Positions 40,452-52,048 of a stretch of 64,000 nt of DNA are shown one piece after another. Numbering within the stretch: the first letter of the stretch is position 1; each line of letters opens with the position of its first letter. Location of the stretch: positions 1 through 64,000 of IMG/VR virus record IMGVR_UViG_3300031857_000005. One strand, 5' to 3'. Both the position numbers and the translations under genes were made by a program. The notes beneath the pieces were generated by a model. It searched no databases and was not told the origin of the DNA. It saw only the letters and a program-made list of their open reading frames with translations.

Positions 40452-42190
40452 TAAAAAATATAATTTTATGGGTAGTAAAGATGTTAAAAATTTAATTCTA
40501 ATTGCGTTTGGGCTTTTTTTAATTTTCAGTTATATTTCAGGAACCTTAGATCCATTTGAATCGGGTAAATTTGCAAGATTTATTCAGGTTTGTGTATTTG
40601 GATTTATTGCTTATTTGTATTTAGATTCAAAAAGTAATTGATAATCTAAGAATTTATCTGTATATTATTACAGATGAAATTTAAAATAGAAGAAAATACT
40701 AGACCAATACAAACGCAGTATTATGTTTTGTACAAGAAGAACTTTCTTTCAAGATGGAAATATACTAAAAATAAACTCGGTTTGACGGCATATTGGGTAA
40801 CAAAAAAAGGTGCTGAAGTATATATTCAACAAGAAAAAATTAGATTAGGTTTAATTAAATAGTAATGAAAAGTTATAGACAAAAATTGGCAATTTGGGTT
40901 GATGAAAAAATTAGTCAAACTGAAAATCCTGAAGTATTATCCGTTTTGAATGATGTTAAAAAACAAATCAAAGGTATGGAAACTGAGGAAGAGTATATGG
41001 TAAATAAATCATACGATAAAGGTTATACTGACGCATCACAAAATAGAGGTAGAAGTTCTAATTATTATAAGACATTATATAAGTTAACAGATTATCTTAA
41101 ACGAAGTGTTAGTAAAAAAGTTTAGTATGTTCAAAAAGTTAAAAAACTTACTATATGGTAAGTTACCTGAAAGTAAGTTTGAAAAAAAAATAGTTTTAGT
41201 TAAGTATCCCCCAGTTTGTATTACCTGTGAAAAAGAAATGGATTCTTTGAGAATGAATCGTCCATTTTGTGATGAATGTCTTAATACTATTAAAGATGTT
41301 ATAAATAAAAAAAATAAAAAGAATGAGAGGAAATCTAAAAAAATATAGTGATGGGTGGTTTATTGAATCCATAGTTGACGATAATGGAATTAAGTTACCA
41401 CACCCAAGTAGAATAAGAGTCCATCCTGAACAATTAACTAATGATGATCCTTATCGTACAAAATATGGTGTTGATGATGAGGTTTATTTTGAAGTTAAAA
41501 CTATTGCCTTTGGTGATTCGGAGTTCAATGTAATGGATGAGGATGTTGCGATGATTATTGAAACTAAAACTGATACTTCAGAAAAAGAAGAAGTGGAAAC
41601 TGAAGAAGAAGTTAATGTTGAAGAACCTGAATTTAATTTTGAAAACAACTCTAAAATGGAATACAGAATTGCGGTTGGTACGGATCCATTGAAACTTATT
41701 ATTTCGGTGAACGAACTTTTACAACAAGATTGGATACCTCAAGGTGGAATGTGTGTTGACGATACTTATTTTTATCAGGCAATGGTTAAAATAAATTAAG
41801 TATGTCTTTGTTTAATATACAACCAAGATATTCAAATCCTGTAGAAAAGTTCGGTTATAAAAAACTTGATTTAATACAGAGGTTTTTAAAAAAATATTTT
41901 AATGATAATCAAATCTATATCAGAAATATTGAAATTCAAAAAAAACTTGAATTACCTTCATTTGCGAGTGTGACATTTAGTACCTCTGAAACGATAACAC
42001 CAATAGAAGTAACTACTTTAATTATAAATTATTATAGTTCATCTATTAATGGTTTATATTGGAATATATCAGTAAAACCCGAAGTTGAAAAAATGATTGT
42101 TGATATTTTTACTTTAAAAAATCAAGGAATTGATGAAGCTTTATTAAAAAATATTGAGGAAACTGAAAGAAATTATTTAAGAGAATTATA

Positions 42191-42319
42191 TTAATTCTGA
42201 CTCTTTAATTCCGTAGTTAACTTATTTAATAATACTCTATTATTCTCAAGACGCTTTAAGTTCTTGGTTAAGTTTCTTCTATTTTTTTTTCCTTTACCTT
42301 CTTTTCTTGCTTTTGCCAT
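42191..42319 (-). CDS. small basic protein, 42 aa (not in ORF track)
   Basis: MAKARKEGKGKKNRRNLTKNLKRLENNRVLLNKLTTELKSQN; minus-strand TATTTAT at 42356-42362. Confidence 0.55.
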   Translation of the reverse strand: MAKARKEGKGKKNRRNLTKNLKRLENNRVLLNKLTTELKSQN

Positions 42320-42374
42320 TGTTATATGTTTAAATTTTATTAATTAAAGTTGTATATAAATATATTTATGATTA

Positions 42375-43985
42375 ATGAAAGATCTAATCCGACAAATATT
42401 AAGAGAAGATATAAGTACAAGTTTACCAATTAAACTTAGTGGTAGTTATAGAGTTCCAAAAAATATACCATCACGAGGAGATGCATTACACGCATTCAAC
42501 AGAAGAAAATCTGATGGGTTTGGTGGATATATGTTAACAGGTGGACCAATACCAAGTCAATGGAGCGGTTATGTTACACTAAATCAAGGGAAAGGTATTA
42601 ATCAAGTTTTAAGAGAGTTAATTGACAAAGGCGTTAAACCTGATGTTACAGATATTACTATTAATATTAATGATTATACTGTTAATTGGAGTGCAACTAT
42701 TGATGAGAGTAGTGATGGTAAATCATATTATGGTGTAGGATCAAGAGGTTCTGCTGGCGGAAATGCCGATTCAAGAGCGTTAGGACAGATATCAAAATTA
42801 AAATCTAAAAATCCTGAGTATTGTAATTGGAAAGAAGTGTTGGATTTAAATGTAACAACACCGTTTAAGATTAGACAATTCTTTTTAAAATACACTAAAT
42901 GTAAAGAAGGTGAAGAAAATGATGTTGATAAACTTTATGATAAATTAAAAACTAAAGGAGGTAAGAATTTAGAAAATAAAGTTAAAGATTGGATTAAAGA
43001 TACTGGAATTGAAAGTAAATTCAAATCATTCAAAGACATTATCAACTCAAATGAGTACAAGGATTTGTTAAAGTTTCTTGAAGTTAAGGAATCAATACAA
43101 CTAAAGGAAGAATCTAACATACAATCAAGATTAATTTCTGTAATGAAAAATGCAGGATTTAAAACCGCCGCAGATTCCGTTGGGGGAATTGAGAACCTAT
43201 TCAGAATACTTGGTAGGGATAAAGAAATTACTATGAAATATCTTCTTAGTCATTTTAATGATTTAAAACTTGAAAAGTTCGGAAATGGATTTTATTTGTC
43301 TCAGGGTTATAATGCATTTTTAGAAAAGGATTCACCATTTTGGGGTGGAAATATAAAAGTATTTGATGATTACTTTTCCCATTTCTTGCATGACATACCT
43401 TATGAATTATACCTTGAATATAGAAAAGATTTACTGAGAGAAATAATAAGTAGATATCCTGAATTAAATGATGGGAGTCAAGTAATCGTATATAAAGACA
43501 GAGGATTATATCAAATATTAGACAGGTTTTATGTAAATGATGAGGTAATTACCGAAAGCACTTCAAGAAAAGATAGAACCATTTCAATGATAGATGACAT
43601 CGGTATTTTGGATACAATACAATTAGTAGGAGGTATTGATAATCTAAAACGAATTTTAGGTAATGATTATTTTAATAAACATAAAAAAATTGAAGTAATT
43701 AGTGAAATTGCAGGTCATTTTGGAGGTAGAGGTGAAATACATTTTAGTGATTTTGATATTGATGTTAGTTTAGGTAAGGATGTTTATAGTGATGGAAGTT
43801 ATCAAGAGACATTTGTACATTATGTTGATGATAATGAATATTTTTACCATAAAACATGGATGTTTGATGAAGATGGATGGATGTTGGATGAACCAATTGA
43901 TGAAGGATATATGAATTTATATAGTTTGGTGGATTATCAAATTGATGAAATATTTAATGTATTAATTGATAAATTTTTAATTTAA
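42375..43985 (+). CDS. multi-module leader-family polyprotein-like ORF
   Basis: MKDLIRQILRED; two internal VGG..NL..ILG modules each preceded by LKEES or ITES. Confidence 0.8.
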   Translation: MKDLIRQILREDISTSLPIKLSGSYRVPKNIPSRGDALHAFNRRKSDGFGGYMLTGGPIPSQWSGYVTLNQGKGINQVLRELIDKGVKPDVTDITININDYTVNWSATIDESSDGKSYYGVGSRGSAGGNADSRALGQISKLKSKNPEYCNWKEVLDLNVTTPFKIRQFFLKYTKCKEGEENDVDKLYDKLKTKGGKNLENKVKDWIKDTGIESKFKSFKDIINSNEYKDLLKFLEVKESIQLKEESNIQSRLISVMKNAGFKTAADSVGGIENLFRILGRDKEITMKYLLSHFNDLKLEKFGNGFYLSQGYNAFLEKDSPFWGGNIKVFDDYFSHFLHDIPYELYLEYRKDLLREIISRYPELNDGSQVIVYKDRGLYQILDRFYVNDEVITESTSRKDRTISMIDDIGILDTIQLVGGIDNLKRILGNDYFNKHKKIEVISEIAGHFGGRGEIHFSDFDIDVSLGKDVYSDGSYQETFVHYVDDNEYFYHKTWMFDEDGWMLDEPIDEGYMNLYSLVDYQIDEIFNVLIDKFLI

Positions 43986-43992
43986 TGAATGA

Positions 43993-45363
43993 ATGATTAC
44001 AAAATTGTTAAAAGAAGAATTATTTAGAATACAAGACTTAATGAATATTAAGAGAACTATTCTTAATGAGGAAAAAGCCGCAACCTCTACAGTTGAGGGA
44101 AAATGTTTAAATCTTAAAGATTATTCAAAATCGTTTAGTGCCGCTCAGGCAGCAACTGATTTAAGAGCACAAGAATTTATAAATGGTATTTTAGAGTATG
44201 TTAAGACAACTACACCTGATTTATATAGTAAATGGCAATCAGGAACATTTTTAAGTATTAGTAAAGTAACATTAATTGGATGTGCATCAAATAGGGTGAC
44301 AAGTGATAGAGAAAAAAAATATGTTCAGTATTCATCTACTGGTGGTAGAGCAGTGTTACCTACTATGGATAATAATTATGTGGTAAAAACATATAATAAA
44401 GCTTCTTATAATACTGTGTTATCAGGTTCGGGAATAAGTGATTTAAATTATCCAGAATACCAAGTATTTTTTGATGATAATCTTAAATATGCGTCAGACA
44501 GAGTAAATAACTTATGGAAAACAATGAAAAACCTCTTAACAAAAAACAGAATTGTGTTTATAGACACACCAACAATAGAAGCTCATATAGTTAATACGGG
44601 TGGAAGGTTAGATGAAAATAGAGACACCGCAAGTTACCCTAATCCAGGACAAATAGTCTTATTCAAAGGTACAATCTGTGAATATAAAGGAGAAAGAAGT
44701 CCTGATTTATCTTGTATTAAAGGGTTAACGGTTGAGTTTAACTATGATGAAGTTGTTGAAGCAACGGAAGGTGCCGCACATTGTTGTAATAAAGGTAGAT
44801 TTAACTTAACACTAAATGGTGAACCAATAGTTAGAGATGATGGTAAATTATACGCAAGTGTTAACAACGCGAGTGCAGAACAAGAAGAAACAGGATATGG
44901 AAATGAATTTTACAGAACCACGAAAGACTCCAAAGGAAAGGATGTTTTAAATAAAAATGTTTTTGGAAAACTTGGTACTATGGATATACAAGTTTTACCT
45001 GATAAAGAACAGTTGACAAGTGTTAGATGGAATAGTACACACAAATGTTGTGAAACTACTAAAAACCAAGGAAATATGAAAAATAAAGATCGAAAAACCG
45101 CTTGTTTTCCTGCGGGAAATTATAGATATAATGTCTTTACAATTGATGATGAAAAGGCTAAGGCAATATATGATAAGGCAGTTGCAAATAATGATAAATT
45201 TTTGACTTTAAAAAGTAGTACTGATCATCCTGAAGCTCATAAAGAATCCGTAAGAGTTTTAGTAAAAAATGCAAACGGGGAAACCGTTTATGATGTTATT
45301 GGTAGTCCATATGGACCGTTTCAAATACCATTCTGTGCTAAACCAACCAATATAGTAGCGTAA
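43993..45363 (+). CDS. leader-like Cys-rich protein, possible OmpA-C-like segment
   Basis: MITKLLKEELFRIQDLM...ILNEE; VTLIGCASN...YASDRVNNL; several CC pairs. Confidence 0.55.
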   Translation: MITKLLKEELFRIQDLMNIKRTILNEEKAATSTVEGKCLNLKDYSKSFSAAQAATDLRAQEFINGILEYVKTTTPDLYSKWQSGTFLSISKVTLIGCASNRVTSDREKKYVQYSSTGGRAVLPTMDNNYVVKTYNKASYNTVLSGSGISDLNYPEYQVFFDDNLKYASDRVNNLWKTMKNLLTKNRIVFIDTPTIEAHIVNTGGRLDENRDTASYPNPGQIVLFKGTICEYKGERSPDLSCIKGLTVEFNYDEVVEATEGAAHCCNKGRFNLTLNGEPIVRDDGKLYASVNNASAEQEETGYGNEFYRTTKDSKGKDVLNKNVFGKLGTMDIQVLPDKEQLTSVRWNSTHKCCETTKNQGNMKNKDRKTACFPAGNYRYNVFTIDDEKAKAIYDKAVANNDKFLTLKSSTDHPEAHKESVRVLVKNANGETVYDVIGSPYGPFQIPFCAKPTNIVA

Positions 45364-45375
45364 TATTTTTATTAA

Positions 45376-45723
45376 ATGAAAGATTTGATTAAACATATAT
45401 TAAAAGAAGAAACAGAACCAAATGATATTGATAAAAAACTTCTTAATTTTTTATTGAGAAGAGTTAGAATTGAGGAAAAAGATTTGGGAACCGATTGGCT
45501 TGATAATAGACCCTTAAGAGTTACAGAATATAGATTTGAGGGATTACCTGGTTATGGATTTAATAGTTTTAATAATAAACCAACAATGGAATATAAAATT
45601 ATTGAAATGTTATATGAAAATGACATAACCGAATATGTTTATAACATGAATGAAAGAAATCCTGAAAGAATAAAAATAATCAAAACCATAAGACATTTTT
45701 TAAATAATCTATTAACAAAATAA
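45376..45723 (+). CDS. leader-family protein
   Basis: MKDLIKHILKEE. Confidence 0.75.
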   Translation: MKDLIKHILKEETEPNDIDKKLLNFLLRRVRIEEKDLGTDWLDNRPLRVTEYRFEGLPGYGFNSFNNKPTMEYKIIEMLYENDITEYVYNMNERNPERIKIIKTIRHFLNNLLTK

Positions 45724-46130
45724 TGAACTTACAAGAAAATATACATAGGATTAAATCAATGATGGGTTTATACGAACAAACATCTGAGATTAAAGTTAAG
45801 GCATCTATTGAGGGACTCATTAATTTCTTTGATCCTGCAAATAAAAAAGTTTACAGGTACCAACTTCAAGCCAAAGTGGATGAAAAAACTTCAGTTAATA
45901 TATTTGTTAAATCAATTGATGATATAACTGGTAGTTTAACTTATATTAATCCTGAAGATGATACTGAAGAAACACAACAAATACCTGTAGATGAATTAAA
46001 TAAAATTAAACTTGATTCACCAAAAAAAATGGATATTAATAATATCTTATCATTTAGAAAATATCTAAAGACAATAGAGATTAATTTAATATTTGTTGAG
46101 GAAAAACAGTTACAAATTGTTAGTCATTAA
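45723..46130 (+). CDS. leader-family protein (RIKSMMGL type)
   Basis: MNLQENIHRIKSMMGLYE. Confidence 0.75.
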   Translation: MNLQENIHRIKSMMGLYEQTSEIKVKASIEGLINFFDPANKKVYRYQLQAKVDEKTSVNIFVKSIDDITGSLTYINPEDDTEETQQIPVDELNKIKLDSPKKMDINNILSFRKYLKTIEINLIFVEEKQLQIVSH

Positions 46131-46420
46131 TCAACACCTCTTTTTTATTAAAATTACTTTTTGTATTATTAATATATGTCAGTGGTATATGTTAAAATAT
46201 TAAATTACGAGAATGGTGTTACCTACACCAAACAAAAAGTATGTACAATACTTGATGAGGATCAGTATGGTAATGTTACCGTTAAAATTTATAACGATGA
46301 TATTAAAGATTACGAATTAAGAGTGTTAATGAAAGGACAATATTCAAGTCACCCATACTTAATGGAGTTTGATTAAAAATTAATATACTCATAATTAAGA
46401 TTCTTCATATTTATAGTAAT

Positions 46421-47200
46421 ATGAAAGAACACATAAGACATATCTTAAGAGAAGAAACCTCAAGACAAACCAAACTCATTCATATGATAACTAATTTGGG
46501 GTTAACCAATACCGCAAAAGCCGTTGGTGGATACAATAGATTAGTTAAAGCATTAGAAGGTACCCATTTTTTTTTAACTCAAATTGATATAACACCAATA
46601 GATATTCGTTATTATTTGTCTGGTAGTAGAGGACAAGGTAAAGGTAATCTTTTTTATAGAATTATTATGGACCCTTATGATTTTTGGGATAGTTGGGAAG
46701 ATTATGACACATACCAATTAATGGAAGAATTAAATGAGGAAAATCTTAAAAATGTAAGAAAAATATTATCTGAAGAGGAAGGTGAGGATTTATCGGATAT
46801 ACCTTTAAATGAATTACTTTGGTATGATCAATCTGATCGTATTGGTAACGCTTTGAGAAATTCGGCAAATATTGTTGATGGAGATGCTTATGGTGATCAC
46901 TTATATAAACAGATGAGTGATGCTCTTGAAAAATACGGAGGAAAAGTATTGGAGTTCAATAACGAAAACATATCCTTCACCGTAGATATGGAAACCTATA
47001 TCTCAGAATTAAATGATGAAACAATTGATTATATTATAGAAAGATGTGGACTTGATTTCTCTTGTTTATTTGATGAGTTAAAGAGTGATGGTTGGATAGA
47101 TAAACCAAAACCGAGATTCAATGAGGATTGGTACAATAATAACTTTGATACCAAGTACTTCAACGAGGTATTTTCAGACAATATAGGCGAATATTTATAA
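46421..47200 (+). CDS. leader-family protein with VGG module
   Basis: MKEHIRHILREE; AKAVGGYNRLVKAL; TATTTAT at 46408-46414. Confidence 0.8.
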   Translation: MKEHIRHILREETSRQTKLIHMITNLGLTNTAKAVGGYNRLVKALEGTHFFLTQIDITPIDIRYYLSGSRGQGKGNLFYRIIMDPYDFWDSWEDYDTYQLMEELNEENLKNVRKILSEEEGEDLSDIPLNELLWYDQSDRIGNALRNSANIVDGDAYGDHLYKQMSDALEKYGGKVLEFNNENISFTVDMETYISELNDETIDYIIERCGLDFSCLFDELKSDGWIDKPKPRFNEDWYNNNFDTKYFNEVFSDNIGEYL

Positions 47201-47204
47201 TAAT

Positions 47205-48242
47205 ATGAAAAAACTCATAAGACATACACTAAAAGAAGAAACAGGAATACAAAATAGATTAAATCAATTAATCAAACAAAGTGGTATTATAAATGCATCA
47301 AATGCGGTTGGTGGTTTTACTAATTTAGTGAAGATATTGGGGTTAGAAATGAGTGATTTAAAAACCCAAGAGATGTTAGTTAAAAACTTTATTTATTATG
47401 TAGATATAGAAGATATTGATATATCACATTTAGAAATTAATAAAGATAGATCAGATAAAGTAAGAATTAAAATACATTTTGAGACAAATAATCCTGCCAG
47501 TAATATGGAATCTTGGCTTGTAAGGACTTTATGTGATGAAATGAATAAGTTTTTTCCATTTAAAACAGCAGCATCCTGGGAACCTGCATTTGCTGGCAGA
47601 GGTGTAACGGTAATATTAAATTCTGAAAGAATAGAGGAAACTGATGAAATAAATGAATCATCATATATCCGTCCTGAAATTAGACGAAGAGTACGAAATT
47701 TAGATAGATTGGTTAATGCAATTCTACCTAATCTTTATACTTGTGACTATCCCAATGGAGAGACATTTATTCAAGGAGTTGTGGATGAGATACGATGGTT
47801 ATCTTTTGAGGATGATTATGGTTTACAGGATTTAAAATTTGAAGAACTTTCAGATTTCGTTTTTAATTATATGGGTGATGAATTGATTGAGTATTATGAA
47901 GACAGATGTAGTGGTATGATGGAAAGTAGAAAGATTATTAAAAAAGTATTAATGGAGGAAGAAATTAAAAAATTACCATCATTCTTTACAAGAAGAATCG
48001 ATCATCACAAGTTTGAGAAGATGATGAGAAAAGGAATACCATATATATTTCACGATTCAAACTCATTAGAAGAGTTTAAATATAAATTGGTTGAGGCAAC
48101 ATTAGAAAACTATATACACTATAAGTATGAAATAAATATTGATGAACTACCACAGGAAGATAAAGACACATTCATAAAATATATGATAGAAGTATATGAT
48201 CCAGTATTAACGGCATATTATAGAAACTTTTATAAAAGATGA
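47205..48242 (+). CDS. multi-module leader-family protein
   Basis: MKKLIRHTLKEE; VGG module; INE-SSYIRPEIRRRV module; internal IIKKVLMEE leader remnant. Confidence 0.8.
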   Translation: MKKLIRHTLKEETGIQNRLNQLIKQSGIINASNAVGGFTNLVKILGLEMSDLKTQEMLVKNFIYYVDIEDIDISHLEINKDRSDKVRIKIHFETNNPASNMESWLVRTLCDEMNKFFPFKTAASWEPAFAGRGVTVILNSERIEETDEINESSYIRPEIRRRVRNLDRLVNAILPNLYTCDYPNGETFIQGVVDEIRWLSFEDDYGLQDLKFEELSDFVFNYMGDELIEYYEDRCSGMMESRKIIKKVLMEEEIKKLPSFFTRRIDHHKFEKMMRKGIPYIFHDSNSLEEFKYKLVEATLENYIHYKYEINIDELPQEDKDTFIKYMIEVYDPVLTAYYRNFYKR

Positions 48243-48568
48243 AAGAACTAATCAGATATATATTAAAAGAAGAAGTTAATCATAAAAAACTAAATATGAT
48301 TAAGAAATATGTTGAGAAATATATTGATAGTAACAAAAATCTTAAAGGTAATGTGTGTGAGGTATCGGCTCAAAGTGATAGAGGAACAATTGTTGTTGAT
48401 ATTTATATAGATGATGATCATTATATATCGTTAGATTATGAATATAACTTGTATTTTTTACAAAAAAATATTGAAAGTAAAATAATGGAAGCATTTGGGA
48501 TTAAAAATAGATATGACATTATTGTGTACACAGAAAAATGTTCATCAGATAGACTTACATATGATTAA
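48239..48568 (+). CDS. leader-family protein
   Basis: MKELIRYILKEE. Confidence 0.75.
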   Translation: MKELIRYILKEEVNHKKLNMIKKYVEKYIDSNKNLKGNVCEVSAQSDRGTIVVDIYIDDDHYISLDYEYNLYFLQKNIESKIMEAFGIKNRYDIIVYTEKCSSDRLTYD

Positions 48569-48610
48569 AAGTAAAAGAGTTAATTAGATATTTATTAATA
48601 AATTTGTAAA

Positions 48611-49135
48611 ATGAAAAAAATTATAAGATTAACAGAATCAGATTTAACAAGAATTGTTAATCGTGTGATTAATGAAAATCAAGAAGAAGTTGATCGCATA
48701 TTAGATAAAATAAGTGATGGTGGATATGGGTCTTTAAGTATTGATGAAAAAAGATACTTGAACGCATTTTCTAAACACGAAGGACGACCTGATGATTTTG
48801 TTGACCCATCAGAACAATATGATGAAAGTGAAAAAGAAGGTGAAAAATTCACATCATCATTTAAACATATACCCACAATAGAATTTGTTGTTACTTCAAT
48901 AGAAAAAAAGACAAAGAACTTATATATTTTATATGGTACTATACAATTTAACAATAAAGAATATATAGGTGGTTTGTATTTGAATAAACTTGGTAAACTT
49001 ATTGATTTTGATTTTTATGAAGAACCAAAAAGTATTCATGACGATGTTAGTATATTCAAAGATGATATTGAAGGTATTGAACACGAGGTTACGATGTTTT
49101 TTAAAGATGAGGTTATACCATCTTTAATAAATTAA
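48611..49135 (+). CDS. leader-family protein (LTESDL type)
   Basis: MKKIIRLTESDLTRIVNRVINE; VDRILDKIS..G..SLS..EK.YL module. Confidence 0.8.
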   Translation: MKKIIRLTESDLTRIVNRVINENQEEVDRILDKISDGGYGSLSIDEKRYLNAFSKHEGRPDDFVDPSEQYDESEKEGEKFTSSFKHIPTIEFVVTSIEKKTKNLYILYGTIQFNNKEYIGGLYLNKLGKLIDFDFYEEPKSIHDDVSIFKDDIEGIEHEVTMFFKDEVIPSLIN

Positions 49136-49146
49136 AATCTATTTAC

Positions 49147-49178
49147 AAACCCACACTTTAACAGGTTGTGGGTTTTTT
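49147..49178 (+). terminator. intrinsic terminator
   Basis: AAACCCACA...TGTGGGTTT followed by a T run. Confidence 0.75.
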
Positions 49179-49681
49179 GTTTGCACCATATCTTTGTAGA
49201 AACGATAAGAGATATGAAAACCAGAGAAGAAATTAAAAAAGACATTTCAATTATTATTATTAACATGCACGATCAAAAACACAATAGTGATGATATTTTA
49301 AGACGATTGGGTGCGATTGAAGGTATGTTAATAATATTAGGTAAAACCAAAATGCACGAACCATTACCGTTTAAAGAAACGGAAGTAACTATTACTGGGT
49401 TTTGGGGTAAAACCACTACAGGTGTTGAAACAGAGTCGTACAAAGATTGTATTTTAAGATTGGCTAAAGAAGTTATTAATGAATAATAAACAATAAGAGA
49501 TATGGAAAAACATACACAAATAGTAAAGATGGATAAATCAATCCTTGAATATTTTAGAATGGTTATGGATTTTGATAACCAAAGTAAGAAATACAGAGAA
49601 GTTACCGAAAAAGAGTTTATCAATGAATTAACCAAGTCATTGAATTGTTGTGTAGGAAACAAAGAAATTGTTTGGGTGTAA

Positions 49682-49713
49682 TTTGTTTAATTAAAAATAG
49701 TTTTCTATCTTTG
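49682..49713 (+). promoter_or_regulatory. Bacteroidota-type promoter
   Basis: TTTG-N20-TATCTTTG, GTG start at 49719. Confidence 0.75.
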
Positions 49714-50175
49714 TTTTTGTGAGAGATTTAACAAAATATATTGAGTCCATTTTTAAAACCAGTAACCATTACACCCTTATAATGGAAACTCCATATGTTA
49801 TTACATATGAAAACGGAGTTAATGTAATTACATTTCATGTTGATTATAAGAATGATGATTTTATTTTTGAAATCTGTAATTCAGTATACCGTGTTGGGTT
49901 AAAAATAGTTTGTGACGGATTATTAAAACACCTCCCAAAAGGTTCATATATTTATAAATTAAACGAAATTAACATACCAATATCAAATATTGTCAAAGAA
50001 TATTTCATAATATGAGAAAGTGTAAAGATTGTGAAAGTGATGAGGTGTTTGTGGAGTGTAATTATCCCAATTTAGATTATCCATTATATCAATGTTTCGG
50101 TTGTTATTGTGAAGAATATGATTATTATGTTTTTGGTGGAGATGATGAAGAATAAATAAGTGTATATTTATTTGT

Positions 50176-50934
50176 ATGAATCTAAAAGAATCAATAAAAA
50201 AAGTATTAAGGGAAGAGAGGAATCATAGTAAATTAATAGTTAAATTATTAAATAGACTGATAGTTTCAAAATACGAAGATGTATGTAAGATTGAAGTTGT
50301 TCATCCTTCTGTTGATTCTGATTACGATTTTTATAGAGTGTTTGTTTATTTTAATCAGCATGGAAAAAATGGGTCTAAATATTGGGAAGAGAATATACTG
50401 AATGAAGTTTGGGAATATGTTCACGATACATTTGGGATTTCACCAGCTCTTCATTCAGTTCGTGTACCATCTTGTAATGATAATAAACTTAATGAAAATA
50501 GTGTGGATACAAGATTTAACAGAATAAAATCAATGGTTGATGAATTTGGCGTATTTAATACCATCAAAGCGTTAGGTAGTTATACCAAGTTTAAAAAAAT
50601 ATATGGTGACAATCTAACAAAAGATGAGAAAGTTATTTTAATAAGGGAACTTGTAAAAGAATATGGTGAAGACGGAGATTATATTGATGTTATGCCATAT
50701 GACATTTTTGTTGAAATTGATTATAATCAAACTGATTCATACGATTACACCACTGAAGTCATATATGTAAACAAGGGTGGTTACTTTAATTTTAGACAAT
50801 ATAGTTATGATGATGAACTTGATGATTATGATTGGGAAGATTATCATAATGGGAGTGAATATTTGTTTGTATTATCTGAATCAGAGTTAGAAAATATTAT
50901 TCGTGTTATATTTGAGAGGGTAATTCATAAATAG
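50176..50934 (+). CDS. two-module leader-family protein
   Basis: MNLKESIKKVLREE; internal LNE then FG...TIKALGS module; TATTTAT at 50165-50171. Confidence 0.8.
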   Translation: MNLKESIKKVLREERNHSKLIVKLLNRLIVSKYEDVCKIEVVHPSVDSDYDFYRVFVYFNQHGKNGSKYWEENILNEVWEYVHDTFGISPALHSVRVPSCNDNKLNENSVDTRFNRIKSMVDEFGVFNTIKALGSYTKFKKIYGDNLTKDEKVILIRELVKEYGEDGDYIDVMPYDIFVEIDYNQTDSYDYTTEVIYVNKGGYFNFRQYSYDDELDDYDWEDYHNGSEYLFVLSESELENIIRVIFERVIHK

Positions 50935-50992
50935 ATTCTTTCTTTACAATGAAATTAAAAAGAATTATACTTCAGGGTAAATAAAGAGAATT

Positions 50993-51622
50993 ATGGAATT
51001 ATTAGAATCACTACAGTGGAGATACGCCACCAAGAAAATGAATGGGGAGAAAATCCCACAGGACAAATTAGAAAGAATCCTACAAGCAACAAAACTCGCA
51101 CCAAGTTCATACGGACTAACTCCGTATAAAGTAATTGTTGTAGAGGATCAGAAACTAAAAGAAGAACTACAAGGAGTATGTTACGGACAAACACAGTTAA
51201 CTGAATCATCGGCAGTACTTGTATTTGCAACTTGGGATGATGTAACTGAAGAATCCGTGGATACATATATGAAAGAGATTGCAAGTCAAAGGGAAGTTCC
51301 TGTAGAGTCATTAGAGGGGTTGTCAGGAATGATTAAAGGATCACTATCCAATATGACACAAGAACAAAAGATTTCATGGGCACAGAGACAAGCATATATT
51401 GGTTTAGGATTTGCTCTAACGGCAGCAGCAACAGAACAAGTAGACAGTACACCAATGGAAGGATTTAATCCTGTTGCGGTAGATAGAGTACTTGGATTAC
51501 AAGATTATGGTTTAATGTCAGTAGTTGTATTACCGTTAGGATATAGAGATAGTGAGAATGATTACCTTTCAAATCTAAAGAAAGTAAGAAGAGATGATGA
51601 AATGTTTTTTATTAGAAAGTAA
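50993..51622 (+). CDS. NAD(P)H-dependent nitroreductase (NfsB-like)
   Basis: LQWRYATKKM, LAPSSYGL.P, QAYIGLG, DSTPMEGF, LPLGYR, KVRR. Confidence 0.9.
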   Translation: MELLESLQWRYATKKMNGEKIPQDKLERILQATKLAPSSYGLTPYKVIVVEDQKLKEELQGVCYGQTQLTESSAVLVFATWDDVTEESVDTYMKEIASQREVPVESLEGLSGMIKGSLSNMTQEQKISWAQRQAYIGLGFALTAAATEQVDSTPMEGFNPVAVDRVLGLQDYGLMSVVVLPLGYRDSENDYLSNLKKVRRDDEMFFIRK

Positions 51623-51662
51623 TATGTTTTTATTAAAATGTGATATTTATAAATAAAAACCC

Positions 51663-51926
51663 ATGAAAAAAGTTATAAGATTAACAGAAAGTGAATTAAC
51701 TCGTCTGATTAAAAGAATCATTAAAGAAAATGAAGATGATATAGATATGTCTAATTACTCAAACGATGACAGACTAAAAGGACTTAAAGATCAAATTATC
51801 ACTTATTTAAATGATAATGGGGTTTATCCTAATGAGGAATCTGATGATGATATTCTTGATGAATTATATTCCTTATATAGTCAAAGAGATCCACAAGCAA
51901 TTAGATTTGTAAGAAGATTAAGCTAA
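51663..51926 (+). CDS. leader-family protein (LTESEL type)
   Basis: MKKVIRLTESELTRLIKRIIKE; TATTTAT at 51644-51650. Confidence 0.8.
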   Translation: MKKVIRLTESELTRLIKRIIKENEDDIDMSNYSNDDRLKGLKDQIITYLNDNGVYPNEESDDDILDELYSLYSQRDPQAIRFVRRLS

Positions 51927-52001
51927 ATTCTTTTAAGAATATTAAAAGAATGTAATATGTTCTTTATTAGAAAATAATAATTAAAGAAAAGATTTAAGAA
52001 T

Positions 52002-52028
52002 GGGGATATAATAAATGTCCCCTTTTTT
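52002..52028 (+). terminator. intrinsic terminator
   Basis: GGGGATAT-AATAA-ATGTCCCC followed by a T run. Confidence 0.7.
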
Positions 52029-52048
52029 ATTTTGTGGTATTTATATAT

